The notes: generated by a model from the letters alone, not told the origin. A stretch of 64,000 bases of DNA from Eledone cirrhosa (GCA_964016885.1 OZ024742.1:358794001-358858000), one strand, 5' to 3'. Counted from the stretch's first letter, positions 1 through 12,988 are shown. A program made the numbers and translations.

Positions 1-125
1 CTGTGATGAGTCAATTCGCAGAAGTAGTGGCTCTACCTGGAGTGACTCTCTGATGTCCGAGCTACACACTGTAGCATGTAACATTACTCCAAAGATTCTT
101 CAGAGGAACACCATTTTAGCCACTT
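1..125 (-). mobile_element. Degenerate RTE-clade LINE fragment (region C-terminal to RT)
   Basis: Minus-strand translation QVAKMVFL*RIFGVMLHATVCSSDIRESLQVEPLLLRIDSSQ resembles the RTE/Expander-type segment 'AEMxFLRRxxGxxLxDxVRSSDIRExLxVEPLLLRIExSQ'. It has one stop and runs off the window. Confidence 0.6.
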
Positions 126-149
126 GATTTGCATCATTACCAATAATAT

Positions 150-383
150 ATGCCATTGAATGTTAAAATGTGGTTAGCTAGAATCTGTGTGTGTGTGTGT
201 ATATACCACTGTATCATATATATATGCGTGTGTGTAGCACTGTATCATATATATGTGTGTGTACCATTGAATGTTAAAAATGTGGTTAGCTAGAATGCTT
301 GTGTGTGTGTGTGTGTGTGTGTGTGTACCATTGAATGCTAGAATGTATGTGTGTGTGTGTATACCATTGAATGCTAGAATGTA

Positions 384-414
<31 letters not shown>

Positions 415-471
415 GTGTACCATTGAATGCTAGTATGTATGTGTGTGTGTGTGTGTGCGTGTGTGTGTGTG

Positions 472-503
<32 letters not shown>

Positions 504-556
504 CCATTGAATGCTAGTATGTATGTGTGTGTGTGTTCCATTGGATGTTAAAATGT
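150..556. repeat. Compound minisatellite: ccattgaatgctagaatgtat + (GT)n units
   Basis: The motif ccattgaatg(c/t)ta recurs about 7 times, separated by variable (GT)n tracts. Confidence 0.85.
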
Positions 557-1769
557 TCCAATGATAAGATATAAACCAGTGAATATTAGCTTAGTAAGTT
601 TAGTTTCTTTTGACAAAGTTAGTTGAGGCTATTTTGACTGGTGTAACAAACAACATCATTAGTGGATGGCACAGACAACATAATTACTAAAGGAGACTAC
701 ACAAAATATACATTGCCTTTCACAGACAGAATAAAAGACATCTCCTTAATATTGTTTTAGATTTGATATGGAACAAGGAGAATTTACGTGTCATTGCTTT
801 CTCTATATTATATATATTTTCTGGAAAATAGTAGTCTTCATTATAATTTGATTGCTTCACTGAAAGTTGGATATAAAAGGTGCTCATCGGTAATAATCAA
901 ATAATTGTCACATTTGTGTGAGTGTGTAGAGCAATTGAAAGAGATCAAAGAAACTAAACAAGTGAGACCAATTATAACTCCTGTCTTTGATGCATCATTA
1001 ACCAACAAATGTCCCTTTGTATCAGCAATAATATATAACAGAACAACAAATAGCTAACTAAAATTGCTGAAACACAGTGCAGTGATACATGTAGAAGTTT
1101 TATTTGTATACACTAGAGACTGAAAGCTTTTTACACTGTTCACTCACATGGATATTATCTGCATCTAATTTATAATATGTTTGTGTTTTTACTATCACCA
1201 TTCTTGAATTTGCTCTTGTAATAAGTCATTTGTTGTAACAGCTTATGGATATTCATGATATAATGTATTCAGTCATCTCACACACTTCATTAGAGTTTGA
1301 AGATGAGATTATATAAAACAATCAAATGTTGAAAGAAACTGTTGAATTCTTGAATTCCTTAAGGGAATGTAGACATTTTTTAATGGAATATAGTAACCTC
1401 AGTTTACTAAAAACAAAAAGGCAAACTAATATTTATTTATGTCATACAATTGAGTGCAATGAATACTGCAAAATATGATACAATCTAATATAGAATTCTG
1501 TTTTGTATAAACTAATCTTAGTGGAAAAAACAGAAAAATTAGCAGAGTCGAGTGTCAGGGCTGGATTTAATTTCCAACAGGTGTACCAAAGTTGCCGAGG
1601 TGTAAAGGTAATAAGGTAAAACCTGAAGTTTGTTCTCATTAACATTATTTTCAAATTGACCCCTTAGATATTTAGACAGTCTCTCTGTTGGTGTGTGCCC
1701 CACCGTGGGAATCACTGATCTAATTTGTTCTTCACATTTACGTGGGAAATTTATGAACATTGTTGTCAG

Positions 1770-1948
1770 AATAACTAGAATGTCTGACGCCATGCTTTGC
1801 AGCAAAGAGTTACGGCTCTTTATGATCTGAGTTCAAATCCCGCTGAGGTTAACTTTGCCTTTCCGCCTTACGGGGTCAGAAAATAATGTACCAGTAATAC
1901 ACTGGGATAATAGCTGGCCTTGTGCCAAAATGTAGAAACAATTATTAT
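1770..1948 (+). mobile_element. tRNA-derived SINE, family A
   Basis: B-box-like gagttcaaatccc followed by gaggttaactttgccttt...gtaccagt...ggccttgtgcc...aaacaattatta. The same sequence recurs 10 or more times in the window. Confidence 0.8.
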
Positions 1949-2019
1949 CAGAATAACTAGGATAAAATATGAATAATTAATTAGATTTGACATACTGTTT
2001 AAAACATATTTACATATGA

Positions 2020-2250
2020 AATGCACATGGCTGAGTAGTTAGAGAATTTGATTTGCAATTATGAGATTGTGAGTTTGATTCCCAGACTGGTTGATGCATT
2101 ATGTCCTTGAGCAAGACACTTTATTTCACGTTGCTCCTTCTGCCTGGATTTGCGACAGGTTGATAGTATTAGCAATTGGAGATACCAATGGAAACATTGA
2201 TTCCTCTGTCTGAGTTAATAAGCTCTACCCTCATGCAAATGGCATCTTGT
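2020..2250 (+). mobile_element. tRNA-derived SINE, family B
   Basis: A-box-like tggctgagtagtt, B-box-like gagtttgattccc, and body gtccttgagcaagacactttatttcacgttgctcc. A related copy is at 12665-12830. Confidence 0.75.
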
Positions 2251-2374
2251 TGGGTGACTGTTACATATGAAAAATAAAAAAGTTCTTATCCATTATGTTT
2301 CTTAGATAGATGTGTAATCCCAAATTGTGCAGAGCATTAGGAAATAATTGGAAGTGATTTCCATGATATTACTG

Positions 2375-2768
2375 AGGGTGCATGGCTTAGTGCTTAGAGC
2401 ATTGGGCTTGCAATCGAAAGGTTGTGAGTTCAATTCTCGGACCAGGTGATGTGTTGTTTACTTGAGCAAGACATTTTATTTCCCATTGCTCCAGTTTACT
2501 CAGCTGTAGAAATGAGATGATAGGACTGGGATCCCTATCATTCCACTGCTAAGTGGTCATGGAGGCGCCACGGAAGAAAAAAAGCACCCAGCACTTACTG
2601 TAAATGAGGTTGGTGTTAGGAAAGGCATCCAGCTGTAGAAATCAAGCCAGAATCAGTTCGCATATGAGCAAGACAAGGTCAGCTGACAGGACACTGCCCA
2701 CAACAGGACAACCTGTCTAACCCATGCTAGCATGGAAGAACAGATGTAAAACAGTGATGATGATGATT
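2375..2768 (+). mobile_element. Composite SINE (family B head + family C tail ending in (gat)n)
   Basis: tggcttagtg..gagttcaattctc head, then gcacccagcac..tgttaggaaaggcatccagctgtagaaa..ccatgctagcatggaa..gatgatgat. An inverted copy is at 6250-6592. Confidence 0.75.
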
Positions 2769-3282
2769 GTGACACAACTAATCTTAACTGGCATCAGCCA
2801 GAATGTTGAAGTTTATAGCAATGTTGACTTCTGAGTGAGGCTTACATCATATTGTAAGAAGCTTTAGTTTATAATAATTTCTCATATTGGCACTGGACCA
2901 AACCATTTCATTGGAAGATTTATAGATGATTTAATTAAACAGAGTACAGAGAGATAACTAAACACTGTACTGTATTGTACGTCATTTTGTTTAATGTTCT
3001 ATTCTTTCCGTTTCTGAGTCATTTCACAGACCATCTACACCAGAGATGGGGAACCTGTGGCCTTAAGGCCAGATACAACCTTCTATGCAATTCTGTCCAG
3101 CCTTTGAATCAATATAACATTACGAACAACTTTTTAATTTTTATAAATTTGTTTTTGTCTATATTTTATTTAAATTTTAAGTATAAGATGAATGTATTTT
3201 AAATACATTTACATATATTTTTTATGAAAATTGATAGCATTTACAATATCATTCTTATTGTTATTTGTTCCATTAAAAAAAC

Positions 3283-3470
3283 TATGAGGGCATGCCGACA
3301 AGTTCGTCGGTTTAAGGGTATCATTGAAAGGGTTACCTTTACATGGGATGTAGGACAGCTGCAATAAGTGTGTGACTATTAGAGGGAAATATGTTGAATA
3401 AAGTCATAGTTAACTGATCCTCCTGCATTTTCTTTTAACCAAAGCCAGACATTTTCAACACCCACTCATC
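3283..3470. mobile_element. Decayed Tc1/mariner-type MITE
   Basis: The ends tatgaggggcatgccgacaagttc... and ...aaagccagacattttcaacacccactcat form imperfect terminal inverted repeats of the TA-CGAGGG mariner type. Confidence 0.5.
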
Positions 3471-3544
3471 ACTCATACATAACTTGGTTTTATTCTTTTT
3501 CATCTGAGTTCAAATTAGTCAAATCTGCTTTTCGTTTTTTCCAC

Positions 3545-4010
3545 TCCCAGTCTAACCTGTAAAGTGGTCAGACTGATGACATGACAAAAAGTGCCTAGTT
3601 GCCTCTGTAAGTGGTTGTGCAGGTGACATGAGAAAAAAACCCCATCCATTCCACCCTGTAAAGTGGTCAGACTGGTGCCATGACAAATAAGTGCCTAGTC
3701 TACCCTGTAAGGTGGTCGTGCTGGTGACATAAAATAAAGCACCTAGTGTACCCTGTATTGTGATCGTACTGGTGGCATGACAAAAATCACTGTCTACATT
3801 TTTAGATGGTCATTTTAGTGCCATAATAAAAGTACCCAGTCCACACTGTAATGTGTCTGGTGTTAGGAAGGGCATCTAGCTATAGAAACAGAGCCAAAAT
3901 ACTAAATCATGAGTAAGATGTGGTCACCAGACCTGACTTGTCTTATAACATGACAACACATCTAACACATGCAATCTTGGAAAAATAGACATTACATGAT
4001 GATGATGATA
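3545..4010 (+). mobile_element. Family C repeat with an internal tandem array of ~45-bp units
   Basis: About 7 diverged units of ctgtaaagtggtc..ctggtgccatgacaaaaa..gcacccagt, then tgttaggaagggcatc..(gat)n tail. The same layout occurs at 10770-11290. Confidence 0.7.
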
Positions 4011-4440
4011 TACACAGTAAAATAAGTATTAGGAGCACACCAATGCTTCTGCTATAAAATGTCCCTATTACCTTTAACAATTAGTGTTTTGTGTACATAA
4101 GAAACCAATATTTTACCTAACCTTTCACTTAGAATATGTTAAAGTTAAGTCAAACATTTTCTTTTTTCTCAAAGATTATAGTTAATATTTATGCTTTAAT
4201 CTTGAATTGTTAGAACATATTTCTTAGAGAAGAAAATAAAAAAAATAAAAGTAATAAACGAAATCAATAAATGTAATAGCAATGTGAAAATATGTTGAAA
4301 ACATGGAAAACATGAGGAGAGGCCATAAATGTTGTTGAGTGTGGAAAATAACTGTCTAGAAAGTTATTGCTTCAGATATACAAGAAAATTTAAACAAAAA
4401 AGAAAAAATACTAAATATATTTTCAGTGCTACATATAAAT

Positions 4441-4680
4441 ATCATCATCATCATCATCGTCGTCACCATCACCATCATCGTTAGTTATCATCATCATCAT
4501 CATCATCATCTTATATATTGACTATTTTCCATGACTGCATGGGTTAGATGGCTTGTCACATATTGAGGTTAGACAGGTCAGGCTGCCACATCTTGCTGGT
4601 ACATATTTTGTCTTGTTATCTCTGAATAGATGCCTTTCCTAATGACAACCAGTTTACAGCATGTTCTGCAACCATTTTAT
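4441..4680 (-). mobile_element. Family C repeat, reverse orientation, with (cat)n tail
   Basis: (CAT)n at 4441-4510, then ttttccatg..gcatgggttagatgg..gatgcctttcctaatgacaacc. Confidence 0.6.
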
Positions 4681-4839
4681 TGTGAACCCAAAACATCTTA
4701 CAAGGCTTCTCTGGCGTTTCATTCCAATTTATGAGCTTGGACCTACTTGTATAATCAATGATTATAGGGAGTAGTTCCCTAGTGGTTGGAATCAATTTGA
4801 TTATAGAACTAAGGGATGTTGCCTTTTAAAGAGTTCAGA

Positions 4840-5025
4840 GTGTTGGGAAAATGATTAGCAGTATCTGTTCTGGCTCTTTACATTTTGAGTTCAAATCCCA
4901 CAGAGGTCAGCTTTGCATTTCAGCCTTTTGGCTGAAATAAATGATAAAAAACAGAAAAATAATGGAAATGATATAAGCAACTTACCCCTAATCCCAGAAT
5001 TGCAGGCTTTGTAACTAAATTAGAA
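4840..5025 (+). mobile_element. SINE family A (diverged)
   Basis: gagttcaaatcccacagaggtcagctttgcattt. Confidence 0.65.
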
Positions 5026-5446
5026 ATGCTTGTGTGGTCTTGTCCGTGGGGTGTGATCTTATCCGTGGGGTGCAGCCCCAACATCGCTGAACCATTGGAC
5101 CAAAGCTCAACACCCTTCCCTTCCCCCTTTTATTCCTCTGTGGCCCTAGAGCCTTTGCTTTTCCCTTCCTTTTCCGTTTTTAAATTAGAAATCAGTATAT
5201 TACTAAAATACTTTTTATAGACTTTAGATAGATAAAAGTGAGCAAAATATTGACATGGCAATGTCTCATCTGAGAAGTAAGATAAGTAGATATGTTGTAT
5301 TTTACCCGAGTCATATTGCAAGATGACTTCGACTATGCAATTATTTCACTTTTACTGTCTTCAATTTTGCCAGCATTTCATTATTCATGAGACTGAGATG
5401 TCTGTGTGAATTTGAATGAATCAATTACAATAGCTTCCTTCTTCTT

Positions 5447-6110
5447 ATGAGGATGGCAAATTAGCAGAGTTGTTTCAATGTTGGATTTGCAGTATTTGTT
5501 CCAGTTCTCTTCTGTCTGAGTTCAAATCCTGCTGAGGTCAACTTTGCCTTTTATACTTTTGAGGTTGATAAAAAATTTAACAAAGCCAATACTAGGGTCG
5601 ATTCTTCTTCTACATATCTTTCTCACTTTCTCTCTCTTACTCTCTATCCTTCTCTGGAAGAAATCTGCTGTGGTCAGACCAGGAGTTATGGAGCCATACC
5701 ATATTACACCATATCTTCTAATGTATTTAATTGACCATTGTAAGGTAAAAGGCAATGTCATTCCTGAAAGAAGTTTTCTTCTTTTCTCTATAAACACATG
5801 TTCATCTTCTATTTTGTAGATGTTTGTTTTAAATATTTGCTGCAACACATCATCAATACTTTATTTGGAAATCAGAACTTAGTATGTTAAAGGTTAAAGT
5901 GATGAATTGGTAGAGTATTTAGGGCATCAGATTAAAGGCATTGGTATTTGATCCAGCTCACTCCACACTGAGTTCAAATCCTGCTGAGGTCAACTTTGTC
6001 TTTCAACTTTGTCGATAAAATATAAAACTATCCCAGTACTGCGGTTGATTCTTCTTCTATATCTTTTTCTCATTTCCTCTCTTTCCTTCTTTTGAAGAAA
6101 TTGACTAAGT
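5447..6110 (+). mobile_element. Two diverged SINE family A copies with shared downstream sequence (5447-5680, 5900-6110)
   Basis: Both have ctgagttcaaatcctgctgaggtcaactttg and continue into gattcttcttcta..tctca..ctct..gaagaaat. Confidence 0.65.
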
Positions 6111-6249
6111 TCAGACTTAGAGAATGATAGGCTCCACTAAAGTCGAAATAAGAAAGTCATGCCATGTTTCAGGCTGGCACCCCTAGGACCACATCAAGAG
6201 TTAAGAACACTTTGCTGTTGACCTGTCTCAGTAATCTACACCACTCACA

Positions 6250-6592
6250 ATCATCATCATCATCATCATTTTTACGTCCAATTTTCCCTGCTTGCAAGGG
6301 TGGGATGTGAACTGATTCTGGCTTGATTTCTACAGCTGAATGCCCTTCCTAACACCAACCTCATTTACAGTGAGTGCTGGGTGCTTTTTTGTCCTGACAC
6401 CTCCACGACCATTTTGCAGTGGAATGATAGGGACCCCAGTCCCTATCATCTCATTTCTACAGCTCAGTAAACTGGAGCAATGTGAAATAAAGTGTCTTGC
6501 TCAAGGAAACAACACATCATGCATTTGAGAATTGAACTCACAATCTTTCGATTGCAAGGCCAATGCTCTAACCACTAAGCCATATGCCTCCA
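6250..6592 (-). mobile_element. Composite SINE B+C, inverted copy of 2375-2768
   Basis: Reverse-complement match, for example ctgattctggcttgatttctacagctg and ccctatcatctcatttctacagct. Confidence 0.75.
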
Positions 6593-6939
6593 CAATATTA
6601 TTAATATTTTACCTAGGCACAAGACCAGCTGTTGAAGAAGTCAGTTAAAGTTAACTCTATTGCTGATATTTATTTTATTCATCCTTAACAGGAGTTCAAC
6701 TTGAAACATAGTTACAAGGGAATTAACCTACTATTTATAGGTCATCTAATAGTCTAAATTGAAATGTGTGCATCAGAATGTAAATTACCATAACTGATCA
6801 TCATAGATAATATTTGAGAAAATTGTACAAGGTACATATTCTGTTATTCTATTATGTGTTCCAGTTGACAGGCTGAGACCATACTGGGGCACTTCTATAT
6901 ACTATATATCTAAAGTCTGTCTCAAGCTAGGTTGCTCTT

Positions 6940-7180
6940 CAGGCTGGTGCTTATCCAAGTTCTGTGGCATTAAGTGATCGAGAGTACAAGATTTCCCCCA
7001 GAACAGGATGCTAGACCATCACAGGATTCAACTCCCAGATATTGCTGGTACTCATGTTCAGCTGACTATGCTGGAGCAATGTGAAATGAAGTGTTTTGCT
7101 CAAGAACACAATGCACAACTCAGTCTAGTTATTAAACCCACAGCATTATGATCACCCTTACAACTAGGCTACATGCCTAC
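6940..7180 (-). mobile_element. SINE family B-related
   Basis: ctggagcaatgtgaaatgaagtgttttgctcaagaacacaa. A similar copy is at 25100-25345. Confidence 0.65.
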
Positions 7181-7230
7181 ACACATATATATATTATATA
7201 TGGCGAATCCCTATTATTATGGTCATTTGC

Positions 7231-7410
7231 AGTGGATTGGCAGTATCGGTAGAGGGTCGGACGCTAAGCAGTTATGTCCCTTGCCCTTCTGAGTTCAAAT
7301 CCCGCCGAGGTTAACTTTGCCTTTCATCCTTACGGGGTTGATAAAATATAGTACCAGTAATACACTGGGATAATTGCTGGCCTTGTGCCAGAAGTAGAAA
7401 TAATTATTAT
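7231..7410 (+). mobile_element. SINE family A (well preserved)
   Basis: gtggattggcagtatcggtagagggtcggacgc..gagttcaaatcccgccgaggttaactttgcctttcatccttacgggg. Confidence 0.85.
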
Positions 7411-8754
7411 GCTCATTTGCTTTGGGACACACACAGTACAAATTTTAAAATCCTCCCAATGCTTCTTCAGTTAAATGCTTTGTTTAATGAACTAATGTTT
7501 TGCTCGTGTAATAAGTCATTGAATATTCTTGGTTATAATATTCTTTTACATAGAAATATAATAAAAAACAAAATGTAACCTTAACATACACACATACAGA
7601 TACATATGCACACACACATACACAAACACATGCACACACTCACACACAGGCAGACACATGCACACACATGCACACACACACACACACACACATGCACACA
7701 CACACACACACACACGAAATTATGATTACGAAGGAAGATTAGAGAATCAAGGAAATCTATGAAAGTTCTGAAAGAACATAAAAAAGTAAAAATGAATTAT
7801 TCATGAAATAAAATAAAAACTACAGGACTTCTATCTCTTTTCCTATACAACAAAACTATTTCCTTTCTTTATAGTATATATGAGAATAAGAACTTAGATT
7901 GCCAGTCTTATAGTCATCAATCTAAACGTTGTGGCTGCATCAATTATGTTTTATGATATCTGTGAGAAAGACAATTTATTCTACTTGCCAAAAGCTGTGT
8001 CATCATTATCATCATTATTTTAACGGCCGTTTTTACACAGTAACATAGGTTGGATGGGTCCTTCTCCGTACATCATCTCCCCACTCGTTGCATTCCTTTG
8101 TCATCTCCTCTGTGATTCTCAGCAATTTAAGATCAGCTCTAACTACTTCTGCCCAGCTCTTCCTGAAATCACAGTTGCCAGCATTAAGGACATGATTACA
8201 GATTAGGAATATTTTCCTCCCTTCGTCTTATTATTATCCGTGTTTCAGAAAATGGTCAGGCACTGATTTTCGATCCAAACTATAATAAAGAAAGGAGTGC
8301 GAGACTGCGCCCAGAATATATTTTTTTATCTCGTTTGTAAAATAAGTTGGATTAACTTTGAATAAATAATGAATGAATATTACATAATTTATCTACTAAA
8401 TTTCGTTATTCTTGATTAAATATAAATAATTTTGTCGCTTATTTTTAATTTCACTTCTTTAAAATGTTCAAATGTCAACACTTCCGGTTACCGATCGTTT
8501 AAATAAACATTCATATATTTACCCTAATGCAGTTTATATATAATATCGTCTTTTTTTAATGTATCATGGATTACGTTACTGATTACATAAGACAATGTAA
8601 CGCAGTCTTAGTTCAATTTCTGTGTATATTGTCAATTACGATTTTATTTTATGTATCATATCTACATGTATATATACTTGCATATTATATCACTATACAC
8701 ACTACACATGCTAGTGGTGATTAATAAAAGAAACTGAAACATTTAGTACAAACA

Positions 8755-8971
8755 TAAGAGCGTCGGAAGAAATGTTCATAGGCTGATGAAGATACTCTCA
8801 TTGAATGACCAAATGAGGTTTATCCCCCCCCCCCCCCCCATCCCCATCCCCACCGAAAGAAACAATGCAGTTATATTAATAAGAAGAGTTAAAATTAAGG
8901 CATGCAAAATTTTACAGCTCTAGCATCACTCCTTCATAGTAAGCCTATGAACTTTTCAGCTGACCCTTGTA
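8755..8971. mobile_element. Mariner-type MITE
   Basis: Imperfect TIRs taagagcgtcggaagaaatgttcataggct / agcctatgaacttttcagctgacccttgta, bounded by TA. Confidence 0.65.
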
Positions 8972-9224
8972 CAATGTAAACAACAACAATTTGAAATATT
9001 CAGCACAAAAAAAATGACATAAACATTAAAATTTGACAGAAAGGCCAGAGAGTGGGGTGGGGGTTGGGGGGTCCTAACAATTGGTACCTGGAATTGTGGG
9101 AGTAAAGGATGTGTTAGTTTAGATGATTAAGAGTATTTGATAAGAGTTGTATTATATTGGTAATATGGTCATAGAAGAGGTAAATCAGTGAAACAGGATT
9201 GATGTATCAGATTGGAAAAATTGT

Positions 9225-9380
9225 TTCTACAATAGGCACAAGGTCAGCAATTTGGGGAGAGGAGAAATTGATTATATTGACCCCATTGCGTTACTGGTAC
9301 TTTATTTTATCGACCCCATAAGGATGAAATGCAAAGCTAACCTCAGCGGAATTTGCTCTCAGAACGTAAATGGCCATAAC
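9225..9380 (-). mobile_element. SINE family A, reverse
   Basis: tgtttctac..aggcacaagg..actggtactttattttatcgacccc..ggatgaaa..cctcagcggaatttg. Confidence 0.75.
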
Positions 9381-9690
9381 TCTCTGTCACAGAGCAGGTT
9401 GTCCGATGATCTACCGATCTCTGCCAAAGACCAGGTAATCTAATGCTCTACCGATCTCAGCTACAAAGCAGGTTGTGTGATGCTCTGTCGATCTCTGCCA
9501 CAAAGCAGGTTGTCTGATGCTCTACCGATCTCTACCACGGACTAGGTTGTCTGATGTTCTACCGATCTGTGCCACGGAGCAGGTTGTCCGATGCTCTACC
9601 AATCTCTACCACGGAGCAGGTTGCCCGATGCTCTACCGATCTCTACCACGGAGCAGGTTGGCCGATGCTCTACCGATTCTGCCAAAGGAC
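9381..9690. repeat. ~35-bp minisatellite, about 9 copies
   Basis: Unit gagcaggttgtccgatgctctaccgatctctaccacg. Confidence 0.9.
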
Positions 9691-10769
9691 AGAGTATGGA
9701 GTCAAAATATAAAAAAGAAACAAACAAAAAACCTGAAGAATAAAAGTGGAATAAGGTATTTACGGAAGAGATGGGGAGTGCGAATAACGGAGGTAGTGAC
9801 TGTACAAAGATTGCGGAAGTATTTTGACAAGAATTGTAGGAAGATTTCAATTAACTGACAATTGTAATTTTTAGTAAGATGTATTTAATAAGGAAACATC
9901 TTTTCAGGATTACACATCTGAGACTAGTGGTGTTAAATTCAGAGATATATATTTGATAAAGACTTGACACTAAGATAATATATATTCAAACAGAATAGCT
10001 AATAGCTTTTATGGAACAACAAAATTATATTATTTTGTGAGCAAAAAAAAAAACATGAATAAAAATATATTTCAAAACTATATATTGTGTGAACAGACCT
10101 TAAATAATTGGATATCTGTCATTTGAGCTAGGATCAAATTTTTCAATAAAATGTCAGAAGGAAAGCAACTAGATTATTTGCAGCCTCAAGAGCTGATACA
10201 TACAATGTAGACTTCTTTTATGGACCTCCTTATTGTTAACAGAGAAGAAATATGATGTTCAACTCCAATATATTAATAAGATATACAAACATAAAAAGGT
10301 TGCTAGACTCAAATTACATCTGTTAATATGTAATTTATTTCTGAAATAATAACAGAATATATATATATGCAAAACGTAAACAAAGAAATATATGGAAGTG
10401 CTGTAAAGTATAGTGATGATATATACTAGTTTAATGATTCATATAGAAAGAATATATATATATATATACAGGGTGTGACAAAAATATATACACACATTGT
10501 TTAGAATGCTGCTGAAGTATGCATACATAGTATAAATGAAGTTTCATACACTTAACAAGTATATGAAACTTTGTTATACTAAATAAGTTATCTTCCATCA
10601 GATTGAGTGCTGTTGTCCTTCATCGTTTAACGTCCATTTTCCACGCAAGTATAGGTGATATCTCTACAAAGGTATCGAGAACAATATCCTTTGGAGAAGG
10701 ATGGAACATAGATAAATTAATTAAAAAATAGTAATTGTTAAACCTTGGTGATCTTATATTTGTGGAGTG

Positions 10770-11290
10770 GTTGTATTGGTGTCACGACAGGGAGAATTCA
10801 GTCTTCTCTGTAAGGTGGTCGTGGTTGAGATTGGGATAAAACAACAAATACATACCCTGTAGGGTGGTCATGTTCGTGATATGACACGACAATAAAAATC
10901 CAACCCACACGGTGAAGTTTGTGCGATGGCGACGCGACAAAAACATTTAACCCAACCTGTAAAGCAGTCATATTGGAGACAATATAAAGTGCCCAGACCA
11001 AACCGTAAATTGTGGTTGTTTTGGTGGCATGACAAAAAGCGCTCAGCCTATACTGTAAAGTTGTCGTGTTAGTAACACGAGAAAAATCGCCCAGTCAACA
11101 CAAAATTGGTGGTATTTGTTTGTGTGACAACAAAAATCTTCCAATCAATATTGTATATTGGTCGTTTTGGTGCCACAATAAATACATCCAATTCACACAT
11201 TAAATCTGGATATTAAGAAGGGCTTCCAGCTGGTGAAACTGGGCTAGAAACTTGTCTAAAACTTGCTAACATAGAGAATGGATGCTGTTG
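10770..11290 (+). mobile_element. Family C repeat with a diverged ~45-bp internal array
   Basis: Units like ctgtaaagtggtcgtg..gacacgacaaaaa..cccag, ending in aagaagggcttccagctgg..tgctaacatagagaatggatg. Confidence 0.6.
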
Positions 11291-11821
11291 ATCTGACGAG
11301 GAGCGTAAGTGGAAACCCAGCAACACAAAAACAAGAGCTGTTAAAGACGGATGAAGTCCACAGAATCAAAGGACATCCACGCTAATTATGGGTTAAATAG
11401 GCTAAGCAGCCTGTAATTGACTGAGTACAGCTACATCCTCTGGCGAGGTTAACTACCATGACTATAGCAGATGTAATCCTCGTAAATGTTCTGCTGTCTT
11501 GCCTTGTCTTGTCACTGGATACACAGTTGCAGGGATGGAGTGGGTGCCATGTGTGTAACACAAACACGTACCTCTGCCATCCCTCAACAGTGGAGGAGTG
11601 GCAACATGTTACAAACACATAATCACAAAATCTACACATGCGCGGCTCGAGTGTTATCCTGACGTCACTTCTCTTTTAACCTGAATAGTAACATGCTTCA
11701 GTGGAGACTTGAACGTCTAAGCAGCCCTTGTAGGGGAGGCACTGCTCCCTTATAAAACGGGAAGGTTAATAGCAGGGATTATTTAAAGAGATAGTCTTCT
11801 TTTGTAAAGAAGCAGCAGTTA

Positions 11822-11892
<71 letters not shown>

Positions 11893-11896
<4 letters not shown>

Positions 11897-12540
11897 TGTA
11901 TGTATAGTATATTTGGCAATATACCGTATGTTTAATTAAAAACATTTTGAAGACCTTGCGCTATCATTTTTAAAGTAGTGGCTATGTCACTTACATCTTT
12001 TTTCGGCAAAGGAAGGGAGAGAAGCTGACAGATTTTGTTTCACACTGTTGGTGATGCTCAGAGCAAAGTACTGGAGGTTGTATTCTTATAGAATTCCAGT
12101 AATAATCAGGAACTGTGATTATACAGAGCGATTGCCGGTCCGGCAAAACTTAAAAATAAATTTTTTTTTAATTAAACATACGGTATATTGCCAAATATAC
12201 TATACATACATTCATGTATACATCGCTATTTCAGAGCACCAATCCTAATTTTTTATTTTTGCTGGACCGGCAATCGCTCTGTATAATCAGTTCCTGATTA
12301 TTACTGGAATTCTATAAGAATTCAGCCTCTATAATTTTCGGCAGAGGATCATCAACAGTGTGAAACAGAATCTGTGAGCTTCTCTCGCTTCCTTTGCCGA
12401 AAAAAGAAGTGACATAGTCACTACTTCAAAAACGATAGCACAAGGTATCCAAAATGTTTTAAATTAAACATACGGTATATTGCCAAATATACTATGCATG
12501 CATTCATGTATTCATCGCTATTTCAGAGCACCAATCCTAA
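11893..12540. mobile_element. Fold-back insert at a (TA)n array with two hammerhead-like motifs (PLE pseudo-LTR-like)
   Basis: 11893-12146 is an imperfect inverted repeat of 12256-12508, and 12168-12248 directly repeats 12462-12540. A relative is at 53785-54230. Confidence 0.7.
12024..12064 (-). ncRNA. Degenerate type I hammerhead-like motif (partner copy 12339-12379, +)
   Basis: GCT-CTGAGCA-tCACcaacaGTGt-GAAA-CAAAATCTG-TC-AGC. The partner has core CAGAGGA and stem III CAGAATCTG, so the consensus of the two copies is CTGAGGA...GAAAC..GTC. Confidence 0.5.
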
Positions 12541-12560
12541 TATATATAACCATGACTAGT

Positions 12561-12601
12561 CCGAGCTGAAGATCCCCTTAAGGTGAAACAATTGTTCACG
12601 G
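12561..12601 (+). ncRNA. Minimal type I hammerhead-like motif
   Basis: CCGAG-CTGAAGA-tCCccttaaGGt-GAAA-CAATTG-TT-CACGG, with a palindromic stem III and one mismatch in stem I. Confidence 0.55.
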
Positions 12602-12819
12602 TATGGTGAAATACCTGTTGTGTTACTACTTTATATATATATATATATATATATATAAAGCTATGTGGCAATCGTAAAGTTGTGAGTTCGATTCCTGCGT
12701 TATGTCCTTGAACAATAACACTTTATTTCACGTTGCTCCTTCTACCTGCTGTGACCGATAGATAGTATTAACAATTGGAAAGACCAACGGAAACATTATT
12801 TCCTCAGTCCGATTTGTCG

Positions 12820-12988
<169 letters not shown>

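Noticed and set aside
1442-1805. Short ORFs or a micro-exon (caacag|gtgtac..aaag|gtaata) as a host gene
   Set aside because: No recognisable protein similarity; splice-like motifs alone are insufficient.
7231-7310. tRNA genes at A/B-box-like motifs
   Set aside because: These are SINE heads continuing into a shared body, with no cloverleaf.
11285-11322. CTGACGA...GAAAC hammerhead
   Set aside because: No stem II pairing and no UH cleavage site.
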